Shown: one piece after another, positions 23,197-31,127 of the stretch
Layout of the letters: every line of letters begins with the position of its first letter
How positions within the stretch are numbered: position 1 is the first letter of the stretch
IMG/VR virus record: IMGVR_UViG_3300020044_001002
Span: 1 to 31,127 of that record
Strand: one strand, 5' to 3'
Source: a virus
Lineage: Duplodnaviria > Caudoviricetes
DNA: 31,127 bases
The notes under the pieces: model-generated
What the model saw: the letters and a program-made list of their open reading frames with translations, nothing else
Databases searched by the model: none
Told to the model about the DNA's origin: nothing
Program-made: the position numbers and the translations under genes

Positions 23197-23569
23197 TTTG
23201 CGCCACCCAACTTAAAGTTGATTCATCCCATTGGTAATAAACAGGATTTTGTATATCGAATTTAGGAGCAGGAACAGGAGGATACCATTGGCAAGTATTT
23301 TCATTTAAAAGCCAAGATGGATATGGTTGAGGCGCAATAAACGCATCTTTTTCTAAATTATAAGAATAGCCAATGCCTGCATAATTTTTTCTAAAATTGC
23401 CATTGTATGAAGTTTGTTTCCAAATCAAAACCTGACCTGACCAAGAATTTAAAAACTGAATACCAACTGGTTCGCTTTCAGGAAAAGGAAGATTATCAAT
23501 GTCTGCATTAGAAATGACAACAACCTCTAAAACAATATTATTTTCATCAAGTTGAGCAAAATGTGCCAT
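23189..23569 (-). CDS. Conserved phage protein (MAHFA family), tail-fibre accessory
   Basis: MAHFAQLDENN.V...WKQTSYN..FRKNYAGIGY...DAFIAPQPYPSW.L; typically follows Gly-rich tail proteins. Confidence 0.75.
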   Translation of the reverse strand: MAHFAQLDENNIVLEVVVISNADIDNLPFPESEPVGIQFLNSWSGQVLIWKQTSYNGNFRKNYAGIGYSYNLEKDAFIAPQPYPSWLLNENTCQWYPPVPAPKFDIQNPVYYQWDESTLSWVAQND

Positions 23570-23571
23570 TT

Positions 23572-24423
23572 TTAAGCCGTATATGTTCCTGAAGATGTGA
23601 ATGTATGTATTGTGTAACCACCTGAACTGGTAACTGTACCGCCTGTTCCCCTTTGACTTCCTGAGTATTTAATATAAACAATACCTGAACCGCCTGGCCC
23701 ACCATTAGCGTTATAACCACCGCCACCACCGCCACCACCTCGATTAGCAGGTGCGCTTCCGCCAGTATTACCGCCATTACCACCAGCAGCTGCGGATGCA
23801 CCGCCAGCAGCGCCACCATTATAAGGATGTCCGCCTCCACCGCTACCAGCAGCATAGTTTACAGAAGAACCTGATACAGATGAATTAACACCAGCACCTC
23901 CAGCAGCGCCATCAAAACCGCCTCCATCATTAGCACCAACACCGCCTTGACCGCCACCGCCACCACCATTAGTTCCGCCTGCGTTACCACTACCTGAAGC
24001 GCCTGATACTTTTGTACCGCCTCCGACTCCTCGATTAGATGTCGCTACCGCTGCAAAAGCAGAGTTTGTTCCGTTTGTTGCAGCTGCACCACCACCACCA
24101 ACTGTAATTGAGTATCCTGTCCCAGGGGTAACACTATATGTGCTATTTAAAACTTGACCGCCACCAGCGCCACCACCCCATTGACCAGGGCCGTTACCAC
24201 CACCGCCACCGCCAGCAACAACATAGTATTCAACAGAATATGTTGGAGCAGCTAATTGAGTTCCATAAAAATTACTGAAACTGATAGTTCCGCTTGGGAA
24301 TGTAAAAGGGCCTGCGCTTGATGTGTAATAAGTAGTTCCACGATAAGCGTTTAAATTATTACCTCTACCAAACTCAGAATTAATCTGAGCCATAGTAAGA
24401 GTTCCTGATGATGGTAATGGCAT
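23572..24423 (-). CDS. Glycine-rich putative adhesin/tail-tip protein
   Basis: VVAGGGGGG repeats, GGSGIVYIKY and YTIHTFTSSGT; directly follows the tail fibre gene. Confidence 0.75.
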   Translation of the reverse strand: MPLPSSGTLTMAQINSEFGRGNNLNAYRGTTYYTSSAGPFTFPSGTISFSNFYGTQLAAPTYSVEYYVVAGGGGGGNGPGQWGGGAGGGQVLNSTYSVTPGTGYSITVGGGGAAATNGTNSAFAAVATSNRGVGGGTKVSGASGSGNAGGTNGGGGGGQGGVGANDGGGFDGAAGGAGVNSSVSGSSVNYAAGSGGGGHPYNGGAAGGASAAAGGNGGNTGGSAPANRGGGGGGGGYNANGGPGGSGIVYIKYSGSQRGTGGTVTSSGGYTIHTFTSSGTYTA

Positions 24424-26828
24424 TATTTAGCCTTTAACAGTTCAATTTCTTTCTTAAGATCAACAACTTGCTTTGCTAATTCAATTGCAGCAACTAAAGC
24501 AGCGTTACCATAAGCAAGTGATAAATGTTCGCCATCCAATACTGATTCAGGAAGAATCTTTTGCATATCTTGAGCAGAAGCACCTACTTGTCTTTCGCCT
24601 GAGTCAATACGAGTATATGTTCCTGATTTAACTTGTGCTAATTGCTCAATAAAATTAGATTCTACTGAAGCCCAATCTTTCTTTAATCGTTCATCAGAGT
24701 AAGCTGTCACATTACCTACAGCAGTAAAGTTACCTGATGTATCACATTGAAGTAAAGTACTACCGCCACTATTTAAAAGATAAAAAACATTAGAGTCGTT
24801 GTATAACGAAAAAGTTGTTCCATTGGTATCAGCAAAGAAGAAACGAGGCGCAGTTCCGCTTAAATTAAGATCAGATGTAAAAGTTTTAACACCACCAATA
24901 CTTTGAGTTCCTGTTGTATAAACTCCATTAGTTACAGTTGCAGCATTACCACCAATAGATAAACTAGATGCAGTTCCAGTTAAACCTGTGCCTGCTCCAG
25001 TAAAGCTAGTTGATGTTAAAACTCCTGTTGAAGGATTAAATTGTAGTTTTGTAGAGCTTACATTTTGACCAGTAATAGAACCGCTTGTAGCGCTTGTAAA
25101 CGCTAAATAACGAGTTGCATTAGTGGTTGTATCGTCTGTGATTGTGATGCCTGAAGCTGGAAGCGCTGACCATGTTGGAGCTGATGCTCCATTAGAAGTT
25201 AAAACATAACCGCTTGTTCCTGTAGATCCAGCCAAAGAAATAGTGTTATTAACTCTTAATGTAGTAAATGTTCCAGCTAAAGGAGTTGTTCCACCAATAA
25301 CCAAGTTGTCCATTGTTCCAGCAGAAGTAGGAGCAATTTGAACTGAACCTGATCCAGCAGGATTAATATGAACATGACCTGTTCCAGTAGGGCTAATGTC
25401 AATTTGAGCATTAGAACCATTTAAATTAGCAGATACATCAATGCTGACATTATTGCCACCGCCACCACCCCATTGAATCTGAGCAGTTCCACTAGCGTTA
25501 CGCAATGCACCGCCACCTGATCCTGAAGCATCAAAATAAGAACTTACAAAGCTAGAAGTAGCAGTAACAGTTGTTCCACGAACAGTATTAGCAGAAGTTC
25601 CGCCAATAGCAGGAGGGCTTGAAAGGTCTAAAGTTCCGCCTAAAGTCAAACTACCGCTAGAAGTTACAGTTCCTGAAAGGCTAATTCCTGATACTGTTCC
25701 AGTTCCGCTTACAGAGGTTACTGTGCCAGTTGTAGGAGTTGCCCAAGATGGAATTCCTGAAGCTAAAGTAAGAACTTGTCCATTTGATCCAGCTCCAAGC
25801 AAAGCAGTAGTGCTTGAGGCTGTTTGATAAGGTATTGAACCTGAAGCTCCGCCTGCAATATTTGTCGCAGTAGTAGCAGTTGTAGCTGATCCTGCTGTTG
25901 TAGCAGTTGCAGCATTACCATTAATTGAGCCTGAAATTGTGTTTGTAACTGTTAAATCAGTAAGAGTTCCTAGTCCAGTAATACCACTATATGCACCACT
26001 TAGCCTAGCAGAATCAATTGTTCCGCTTGTAATCTGAGTTGCTCCAATAGCAATATTGGTATTTGTTACGCTAGAAACTTGTCCGCTTGCATTAGTTGTA
26101 AATACTGGAACTGTGCTTGCTGAACCATAAGTAGAGGCTGTTCCTACTGGAGTAATGCTAAATACTGAACCAGTAAGAGTTAATCCTGTGCCAGCAGAGT
26201 AAGTCGCTGAAGTGGTAAATTGCGCCCAGTTTACAGCCGTTACACCTAATGTTCCGCCAGCTTGTGCCGTACAAAACCATGCTCCACCAGCTTGAGTACC
26301 ATATTCAATAAAAGAAATGGCGCAAATTAGCTCATCCCAAGAATTTGCATCTAAAGCTCTTGTCCAAGTGCTTGCAGAAGCCAAGTAAATGCCGTTATTA
26401 GCAGCAGTTGCCTGGTTCTTTACCAATACTCGATCACCAGCAACTACTGTATGACCATCAATCTCTTGCAATCCTGACAAAGTAATATTTGCCAAAGTTG
26501 CACAAACGCATGGTTGCTTCCAACTAATTCCAGCAGCATAAGACTGCAAAGCCAATAAATTGACTATATCAGTAGCGCCTACAGCTTGAGTTGAAATAGT
26601 ACCTGTTGTTGTTGCAATATTAGTAAAAACACCAGTTGAAGGAGTTATTGCGCCAATCGTTGTGCTGTTTATTGTGCTACTGGTAATGTTTAAACCTGAT
26701 TGATTAGGATTAGCAGTTGCATAAAACGGCCTTCCTTGACCAATAAAGGTTTGAAAATTACCTTGAGCATCAAAATAAGCCTGAACAGGCAATAGATTCT
26801 GAACTTCAGATTCTGCTGGATTAGCCAT
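24423..26828 (-). CDS. Long tail fibre with a C-terminal intramolecular chaperone (Peptidase S74)
   Basis: Ser/Thr/Gly-rich; GDRVLVKNQ...NGIY module; AYSDERLKKD cleavage motif; coiled-coil end. Confidence 0.88.
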   Translation of the reverse strand: MANPAESEVQNLLPVQAYFDAQGNFQTFIGQGRPFYATANPNQSGLNITSSTINSTTIGAITPSTGVFTNIATTTGTISTQAVGATDIVNLLALQSYAAGISWKQPCVCATLANITLSGLQEIDGHTVVAGDRVLVKNQATAANNGIYLASASTWTRALDANSWDELICAISFIEYGTQAGGAWFCTAQAGGTLGVTAVNWAQFTTSATYSAGTGLTLTGSVFSITPVGTASTYGSASTVPVFTTNASGQVSSVTNTNIAIGATQITSGTIDSARLSGAYSGITGLGTLTDLTVTNTISGSINGNAATATTAGSATTATTATNIAGGASGSIPYQTASSTTALLGAGSNGQVLTLASGIPSWATPTTGTVTSVSGTGTVSGISLSGTVTSSGSLTLGGTLDLSSPPAIGGTSANTVRGTTVTATSSFVSSYFDASGSGGGALRNASGTAQIQWGGGGGNNVSIDVSANLNGSNAQIDISPTGTGHVHINPAGSGSVQIAPTSAGTMDNLVIGGTTPLAGTFTTLRVNNTISLAGSTGTSGYVLTSNGASAPTWSALPASGITITDDTTTNATRYLAFTSATSGSITGQNVSSTKLQFNPSTGVLTSTSFTGAGTGLTGTASSLSIGGNAATVTNGVYTTGTQSIGGVKTFTSDLNLSGTAPRFFFADTNGTTFSLYNDSNVFYLLNSGGSTLLQCDTSGNFTAVGNVTAYSDERLKKDWASVESNFIEQLAQVKSGTYTRIDSGERQVGASAQDMQKILPESVLDGEHLSLAYGNAALVAAIELAKQVVDLKKEIELLKAK

Positions 26829-26852
26829 AAAGCATCCTTCTTTGGCGAAATA

Positions 26853-27206
26853 TTACGATTGATTGCTCAATGGAGTTACATAAATTAATGCTGGGCCTGC
26901 TGCTGAACCAATAGCTGAAACTTGGAAAGAATTTGCAGGAACAGACAAAACAATAGGAACTGTCATAGAGGCTGGCAAAATAAATGAGCCTGTTGCACCA
27001 TCAGCGCCAATAGAAGCTGTTGTTGCAGTTACTCCAACTGGAGAAATCTCAACGGCTACAGTATTAGCACCAGTATTTAAAAACGATGCGTAATTGCTTA
27101 GAACACTACCACCAACTGCGGAAACAGTAACTGCTGCATGAGCAGTCGCTGCCACCGACAAGGTAGTTGTTCTGCCTGCAATTCGCAAAACAGTAGTATT
27201 AGACAT
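26853..27206 (-). CDS. Small beta-rich virion protein
   Basis: Ala/Thr/Ser-rich, ends LIYVTP; AAGGA RBS; structural operon. Confidence 0.65.
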   Translation of the reverse strand: MSNTTVLRIAGRTTTLSVAATAHAAVTVSAVGGSVLSNYASFLNTGANTVAVEISPVGVTATTASIGADGATGSFILPASMTVPIVLSVPANSFQVSAIGSAAGPALIYVTPLSNQS

Positions 27207-27215
27207 AATTTATCC

Positions 27216-27446
27216 TTAGATAGTTGCTAACTGTTGCCACTTAGAACCATCAGACATCCACAATTTGCCTGTGCCAGTAGCGTTAGAAGTAACGGCTAGG
27301 CTGTTTTTAGGAGAAGTTGTTGTTGTTACATTGTCTGTAATAGCAATATCAAGGGCTAGAATCTCAACTGAACCAGTTGAAAGAGTGATGCTGTCTAATA
27401 ATGGATCTGCGTAAGATACACCTACGGCTTTAGTATTTGAAGTCAT
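27216..27446 (-). CDS. Small putative virion protein
   Basis: AAGGA RBS; ends KLWMSDGSKWQ. Confidence 0.65.
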   Translation of the reverse strand: MTSNTKAVGVSYADPLLDSITLSTGSVEILALDIAITDNVTTTTSPKNSLAVTSNATGTGKLWMSDGSKWQQLATI

Positions 27447-27493
27447 TTTTTGTCCTTTGCAAAGGGGTTTGTGATGCCTATTTAGGCTGATTA

Positions 27494-27521
27494 AGTTTAC
27501 TCCATATTATCTGTTTCGCAA
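27494..27521 (-). promoter_or_regulatory. Candidate internal promoter for tail genes
   Basis: TTGCGA, 16-nt spacer, TAAACT spanning the end of the glycosyltransferase gene. Confidence 0.3.
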
Positions 27522-28181
27522 ATAGTTTCCTAGATGTCCTTCAAAAACTTTTAAGCCAATATGTCCCATTCCTATTTCAGGATCAATCCATACTTTTCCG
27601 CCTATTGATAGCCAACGATAGCAAAAACTGTAATCTTCACCATGCTTGAATTTAAGACCATCTCGATCCACTACAAATGAATCAAATAATGGGTAAAACT
27701 CATTATCTTTGGCGCTTGCATGAAAGTATTTCTCAGGAAATGCTTCAATCATCTTTTCTATGCAATTACGGCTAAATTTGGTAAATCCAGCAGGAATAGC
27801 TTCTACTTCCAATAATTTAGTGACTGGATCAGCCCATAACTGAGGTTTATCCAAATATTTGACCATGTATTTAACAGGCTCAACCCTTGTTGGATATATT
27901 CCTGCGACCAAATCAACAGGATGGTCTATGAGTTTTAAGAGCGCTCCTCTTTCCCAACAGACATCAGAATCAATAAAAACAAGCTGGTCACAATCTGAAT
28001 GGTAGAAATTAGTGGCAATTACTCCTCGACAATCAGCAATCAAAGCATTGCCAATGTCATCAACCAGGGTAAATTTATCTCCTCTAGCGACCAATTGAAT
28101 CAAGTCATCTATGAGGCTGTGCATCATTCCAATATGAACTGTTCCTGTATATGCAGGAATAGCAATCATTACATGAGTCAT
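27507..28181 (-). CDS. GT-A fold (GT2-like) glycosyltransferase
   Basis: VMIAIPAY N-terminal strand, FIDSD DxD motif, GEDYSFC, VWIDP...GH.G. Confidence 0.82.
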   Translation of the reverse strand: MTHVMIAIPAYTGTVHIGMMHSLIDDLIQLVARGDKFTLVDDIGNALIADCRGVIATNFYHSDCDQLVFIDSDVCWERGALLKLIDHPVDLVAGIYPTRVEPVKYMVKYLDKPQLWADPVTKLLEVEAIPAGFTKFSRNCIEKMIEAFPEKYFHASAKDNEFYPLFDSFVVDRDGLKFKHGEDYSFCYRWLSIGGKVWIDPEIGMGHIGLKVFEGHLGNYLRNR

Positions 28182-28199
28182 TTTCTTTCCTTCACAAAG

Positions 28200-28230
28200 A
28201 AAAAACCCCTCCTTTTTTAAGGGAGAGGTT
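28200..28230 (-). terminator. Intrinsic terminator
   Basis: Minus strand AACCTCTCC-loop-GGAGGGGTT followed by TTTT. Confidence 0.7.
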
Positions 28231-28250
28231 AGTTTTATAACATTTAGCTA

Positions 28251-28484
28251 TTAAGCAGTAATACCAATGTTCTTCAACGCTGTGATGATAGCGTTTACAG
28301 CCGTTGCAATTACTGTGCCGTTTGCTGTATCAGCAATGGTAGTAATAGCAGAAGCCTGAACTACTGGAGTTTCGCCATAAAAGCCGATTTCACCGCCTGC
28401 GATACCTAACAAAATACCATCAGCAGCATTGCCGTTGAATAGATATACAGGGGTTACTGTTGAAGCTGGGCCTGGATTAGACAT
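28251..28484 (-). CDS. Small capsid-associated (decoration/fibre) protein
   Basis: IGFYG.TPV.Q...VNAIITALKN.G; lies directly after the coat gene. Confidence 0.65.
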   Translation of the reverse strand: MSNPGPASTVTPVYLFNGNAADGILLGIAGGEIGFYGETPVVQASAITTIADTANGTVIATAVNAIITALKNIGITA

Positions 28485-28508
28485 GATAATTTTCCTTAAA
28501 AAATGGTT

Positions 28509-28533
28509 AAAAAGCAGAGGTTTTACCCCCTGC
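28509..28533 (-). terminator. Intrinsic terminator after the coat gene
   Basis: Minus strand GCAGGGG-GTAAAA-CCTCTGC-TTTTT. Confidence 0.7.
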
Positions 28534-28542
28534 GATTAATGC

Positions 28543-29772
28543 TTAAGATGCGATACGGCAAGCCAACTCAGGGTAGAGTGGGGCCCAGCCATAAAGAACA
28601 TCTAAACGAGTAGGAATTGAGTCATTGTTAATTGTGTATTGACGAACTACACGCATTGAAAGACCGATTTCCTTGTCTGAAGCACGACCAGCAAAGTGAA
28701 CACCTTCAGGCAACTCAAGATCCGCTACTGCTAGAGTAAACGCATTTTTGTGCATAAGGATGTTTTGTGGGCTAGTTACACCAGTTTTGTTGAAGAAAGT
28801 AACAGCTTGTGCGCCTGAGCTTGTTACGCTAATGTTTTGGAACTGACCAGCAGAGATAGGAGCTGGGCTTACATTAACTGTAATTGCAGCATCTGTACCG
28901 CTAACGGCTGTGTTCACAACAAAGTTACGCAACTTGCCATAAGACTGACGATTTTGTGGGTTTACAGCATAAACACCAGCAATAGTGAATGTATCGCCTT
29001 GGTTCAAGCTAACAGCACCAGTAGCAGTAATGCTAATGTTTGCATTTGAAGCCCAACCGCTAGTTAAGAAACCAGTAGCTGTGGTCACATTGCAAGTAGC
29101 TGTACCAGCAAAAGAGCCGTAAGTTTGGTTCACAATGTTCTGATCCATCTTCCAGTTCATACCAGCAGAGTCACGACCCATCAAACCTTTACGATATTGA
29201 GTAGAAATCGCTTCTTGTGGAACAAACAAACCTTTCAAGCTATCAACAATAGTTGCGCTTGAGAATGGATCGATGATTACTGATCTACGACCATCACGAG
29301 GAGCGCCTTCAGAATCAAGGTATGCGCCAGCGTTCAAGAAAGTAATCAAGCCTGTTGGAGGAGTGCCTGCTGTACCTACTGTGTTGTAAGTAGCATTTTT
29401 AGCCATTGTCAAACCATCTAAGTCGATTTTGTTGGCAATAGCAGCAACTGCTGGCTTAAGAACACGATCAGAGAACATATCCAAAGACAAAGCTAAGTCT
29501 TGAGTTGTGAATTGTGTATCCACATGGAACTGAGTTGAAAGAGTTACAGGTACTGAAGTTTCGTTGAAATCTTCAACATTCAATGCAGGGCCTGTAGTAC
29601 CGATGAAACGACCTGGTCTGCGGACATTGACTGTGTTACCAATCTTTGCGCCAACAACTGCGAACTGGTCATCATAATTACGATCTACTTCAGAAGTGAA
29701 GGTTAGTTCGTTTTCCAAGACCATCAACGCTTCGTTAGTGATCTTGCTAATGGTTAATAAAGTATTACTCAT
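28543..29772 (-). CDS. Major capsid protein, P22 coat (gp5) family
   Basis: EAL.VLENEL.F...V.R.Y...KIG.TV..R.P, GD.FTIAGV.AVNP, RLDVLYG; 409 aa. Confidence 0.95.
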   Translation of the reverse strand: MSNTLLTISKITNEALMVLENELTFTSEVDRNYDDQFAVVGAKIGNTVNVRRPGRFIGTTGPALNVEDFNETSVPVTLSTQFHVDTQFTTQDLALSLDMFSDRVLKPAVAAIANKIDLDGLTMAKNATYNTVGTAGTPPTGLITFLNAGAYLDSEGAPRDGRRSVIIDPFSSATIVDSLKGLFVPQEAISTQYRKGLMGRDSAGMNWKMDQNIVNQTYGSFAGTATCNVTTATGFLTSGWASNANISITATGAVSLNQGDTFTIAGVYAVNPQNRQSYGKLRNFVVNTAVSGTDAAITVNVSPAPISAGQFQNISVTSSGAQAVTFFNKTGVTSPQNILMHKNAFTLAVADLELPEGVHFAGRASDKEIGLSMRVVRQYTINNDSIPTRLDVLYGWAPLYPELACRIAS

Positions 29773-29803
29773 TTTCTTTTTTCCTTAAAAGAAATTAGGG
29801 GAT

Positions 29804-30763
29804 TTACCTAATCTTCCCTGCTTTTCGAGCTGCTTTCCACGCTTGGAATGAACCATGAAACTCATTATCTGAGCCAATTAGTGATTCCATTGCGCTTCCA
29901 GTAGCCTTTAATGGGCTGAGAGGAGCAGGCGCTTTTGACTTCTGAACAACAGGCTTACTTCTAACGGCAGTTTCTTCAGCAGCTTCCTGCTTCTCAAACC
30001 GAGCCTCCAATTTCCCAATCTCTCTAAGAGCTTTGTGAACAGGCAATGCTTGGAACTTATCAGCTTCTTCGCCATCTAGACTAGCTAAATGATAAAGAAT
30101 CTCAGGCCCTACATCAGACTCAATAATTGCATCTCTCACTTCATTGCTTACAACGACCTGAGTAGATTCAATCACTTCATCAAAATCAGCTAAATTTGGC
30201 TTCGCTTTTTCAAGTTTTTCAGACCAAGTCTTTAGGACTTTTTGTCTTTCTTCCTCTACTTTGCGATTAGCTTCTTGCTGATCCCTGTCATACAACGCTT
30301 TCTCTGCTGACCATTCCGCTAATGCCTTTGCATATTCAAAAGCATCATCAAATTGATCTGCCCTAGGTTCTCTGCCGATTGGACTCTCATCAACTTGTTG
30401 CTGTTGAGGAGCTTGCCTATCTTCATATTCCCTAAGTCTAGCTTCCAGTTGCTCTTTTTCAGCTTGTGCCTTGGCAGCATTTTCTTCCGCCAATTTACGA
30501 GCCTTAGTTAGCTCTGAAAACCGCTTTTCGAGTTTAGGATTTTGTTTCCGTTCCTCTGTTGCTTTACCTTCAGGCTCTTGATCGTGTTCACTCTGTTCGT
30601 CATCTTCTGTCGGCTCTGATACAGGAGTTTCCTCTACTGCTTCAGCCTCAACAGGAGCATCTTCGCCAGCTAAACCCATGCGATTCAATGTCCATTCAGT
30701 TAAATTCTCACTAGTTACTACATTACTAGCTTGTTTTGCTTCTACTACTTGTGCTTCTGCCAT
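29804..30763 (-). CDS. Capsid scaffolding protein
   Basis: Acidic N-terminus, coiled coil, GPEILYHLA, EIGKLEA, basic C-terminal helix; upstream of the coat gene. Confidence 0.85.
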   Translation of the reverse strand: MAEAQVVEAKQASNVVTSENLTEWTLNRMGLAGEDAPVEAEAVEETPVSEPTEDDEQSEHDQEPEGKATEERKQNPKLEKRFSELTKARKLAEENAAKAQAEKEQLEARLREYEDRQAPQQQQVDESPIGREPRADQFDDAFEYAKALAEWSAEKALYDRDQQEANRKVEEERQKVLKTWSEKLEKAKPNLADFDEVIESTQVVVSNEVRDAIIESDVGPEILYHLASLDGEEADKFQALPVHKALREIGKLEARFEKQEAAEETAVRSKPVVQKSKAPAPLSPLKATGSAMESLIGSDNEFHGSFQAWKAARKAGKIR

Positions 30764-30818
30764 GAGTTTTCCTCAAGATTTTACCCAATGAATCCATTGG
30801 TAGATTTACAACACTTCT

Positions 30819-30847
30819 TTTTTACCACTAAATCTTATTTAAAACAA
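30819..30847 (-). promoter_or_regulatory. Candidate promoter for scaffold/coat
   Basis: TTGTTT, 17-nt spacer ending TGG (extended -10), TAAAAA. Confidence 0.35.
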
Positions 30848-30849
30848 TA

Positions 30850-31127
30850 TTACTTAAAGTTTGTATCGTCTTTTACTTGCTCACGATGCAGGCTTTCAAA
30901 ATGATGAGCTGCCTCTCTGCGATGCTCAGGAGTAAACATTTTGTGCCAAGGGGTATCTTTTGAACCATGTTGTTTTGCGTAATCTTGAGCTGCACGATCA
31001 GCATGATAAGCCCACAATTTACGAGCCTTGCCCTGGTCATATTCACCTTTTTTCATCTTCTTTTGAAGATTTTTAACAATAGGAATATGGCTAGATTTGT
31101 ATAAATGCTCTGTATTGTCGGCATGAA
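30850..31127 (-). CDS. His-rich hypothetical protein, 5'-partial
   Basis: The frame stays open to the window edge (HADNTEHLYKSSHIPIVKNLQKKMKKGEYD...), so the track's start at 31056 is probably internal. Confidence 0.7.
   Translation of the reverse strand, partial: HADNTEHLYKSSHIPIVKNLQKKMKKGEYDQGKARKLWAYHADRAAQDYAKQHGSKDTPWHKMFTPEHRREAAHHFESLHREQVKDDTNFK

Noticed and set aside
23547-23855. Hydrophobic Val/Ala-rich alternative-frame ORF
   Set aside because: Expected frameshifted reading of GGT/GGC/GCT codons in the Gly-rich gene.
23572-26828. Diversity-generating retroelement or invertible tail-fibre system
   Set aside because: No reverse transcriptase, invertase, template repeat or inverted cassette was seen.
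1585-29049. Remaining short + strand track ORFs opposite minus-strand genes
   Set aside because: No recognisable motifs or RBS; they overlap well-supported genes on the other strand.

Overview
Most of a small, AT-rich P22-like podophage genome, probably circularly permuted. The window opens inside terL and closes just upstream of the scaffold gene, so on a circular map mainly the portal gene and the TerL C-terminus appear to be missing. A freshwater betaproteobacterial host is a guess from gene content. From left to right: terminase genes; small basic late ORFs with a GroES-like co-chaperonin; RusA and Ref-like nucleases; a C5 DNA methyltransferase with a nested out-of-frame ORF; a DUF1376/YdaU replication initiator with an internal origin; and a lone Cro-like gene at a divergent promoter. 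The + strand recombination operon (Sak-like SSAP, YqaJ exonuclease, SSB-like) follows. Then come a lysis region with extra secreted Cys-rich proteins, a P22-order tail/ejection block with a cupin-SET fusion in the gp14 slot, tail fibre genes, a glycosyltransferase, coat and scaffold. No integrase, CI repressor, tRNA or CRISPR array was seen. Best leads: the overlapping-frame methyltransferase partner, the cupin-SET and glycosyltransferase virion-modification genes, a candidate cis-antisense sRNA, a loop-E-containing intergenic RNA, the secreted Cys-rich lysis cassette, and the apparent absence of ACGT, CCGG and CGCG. All family calls come from motif recognition by eye; no searches were run.
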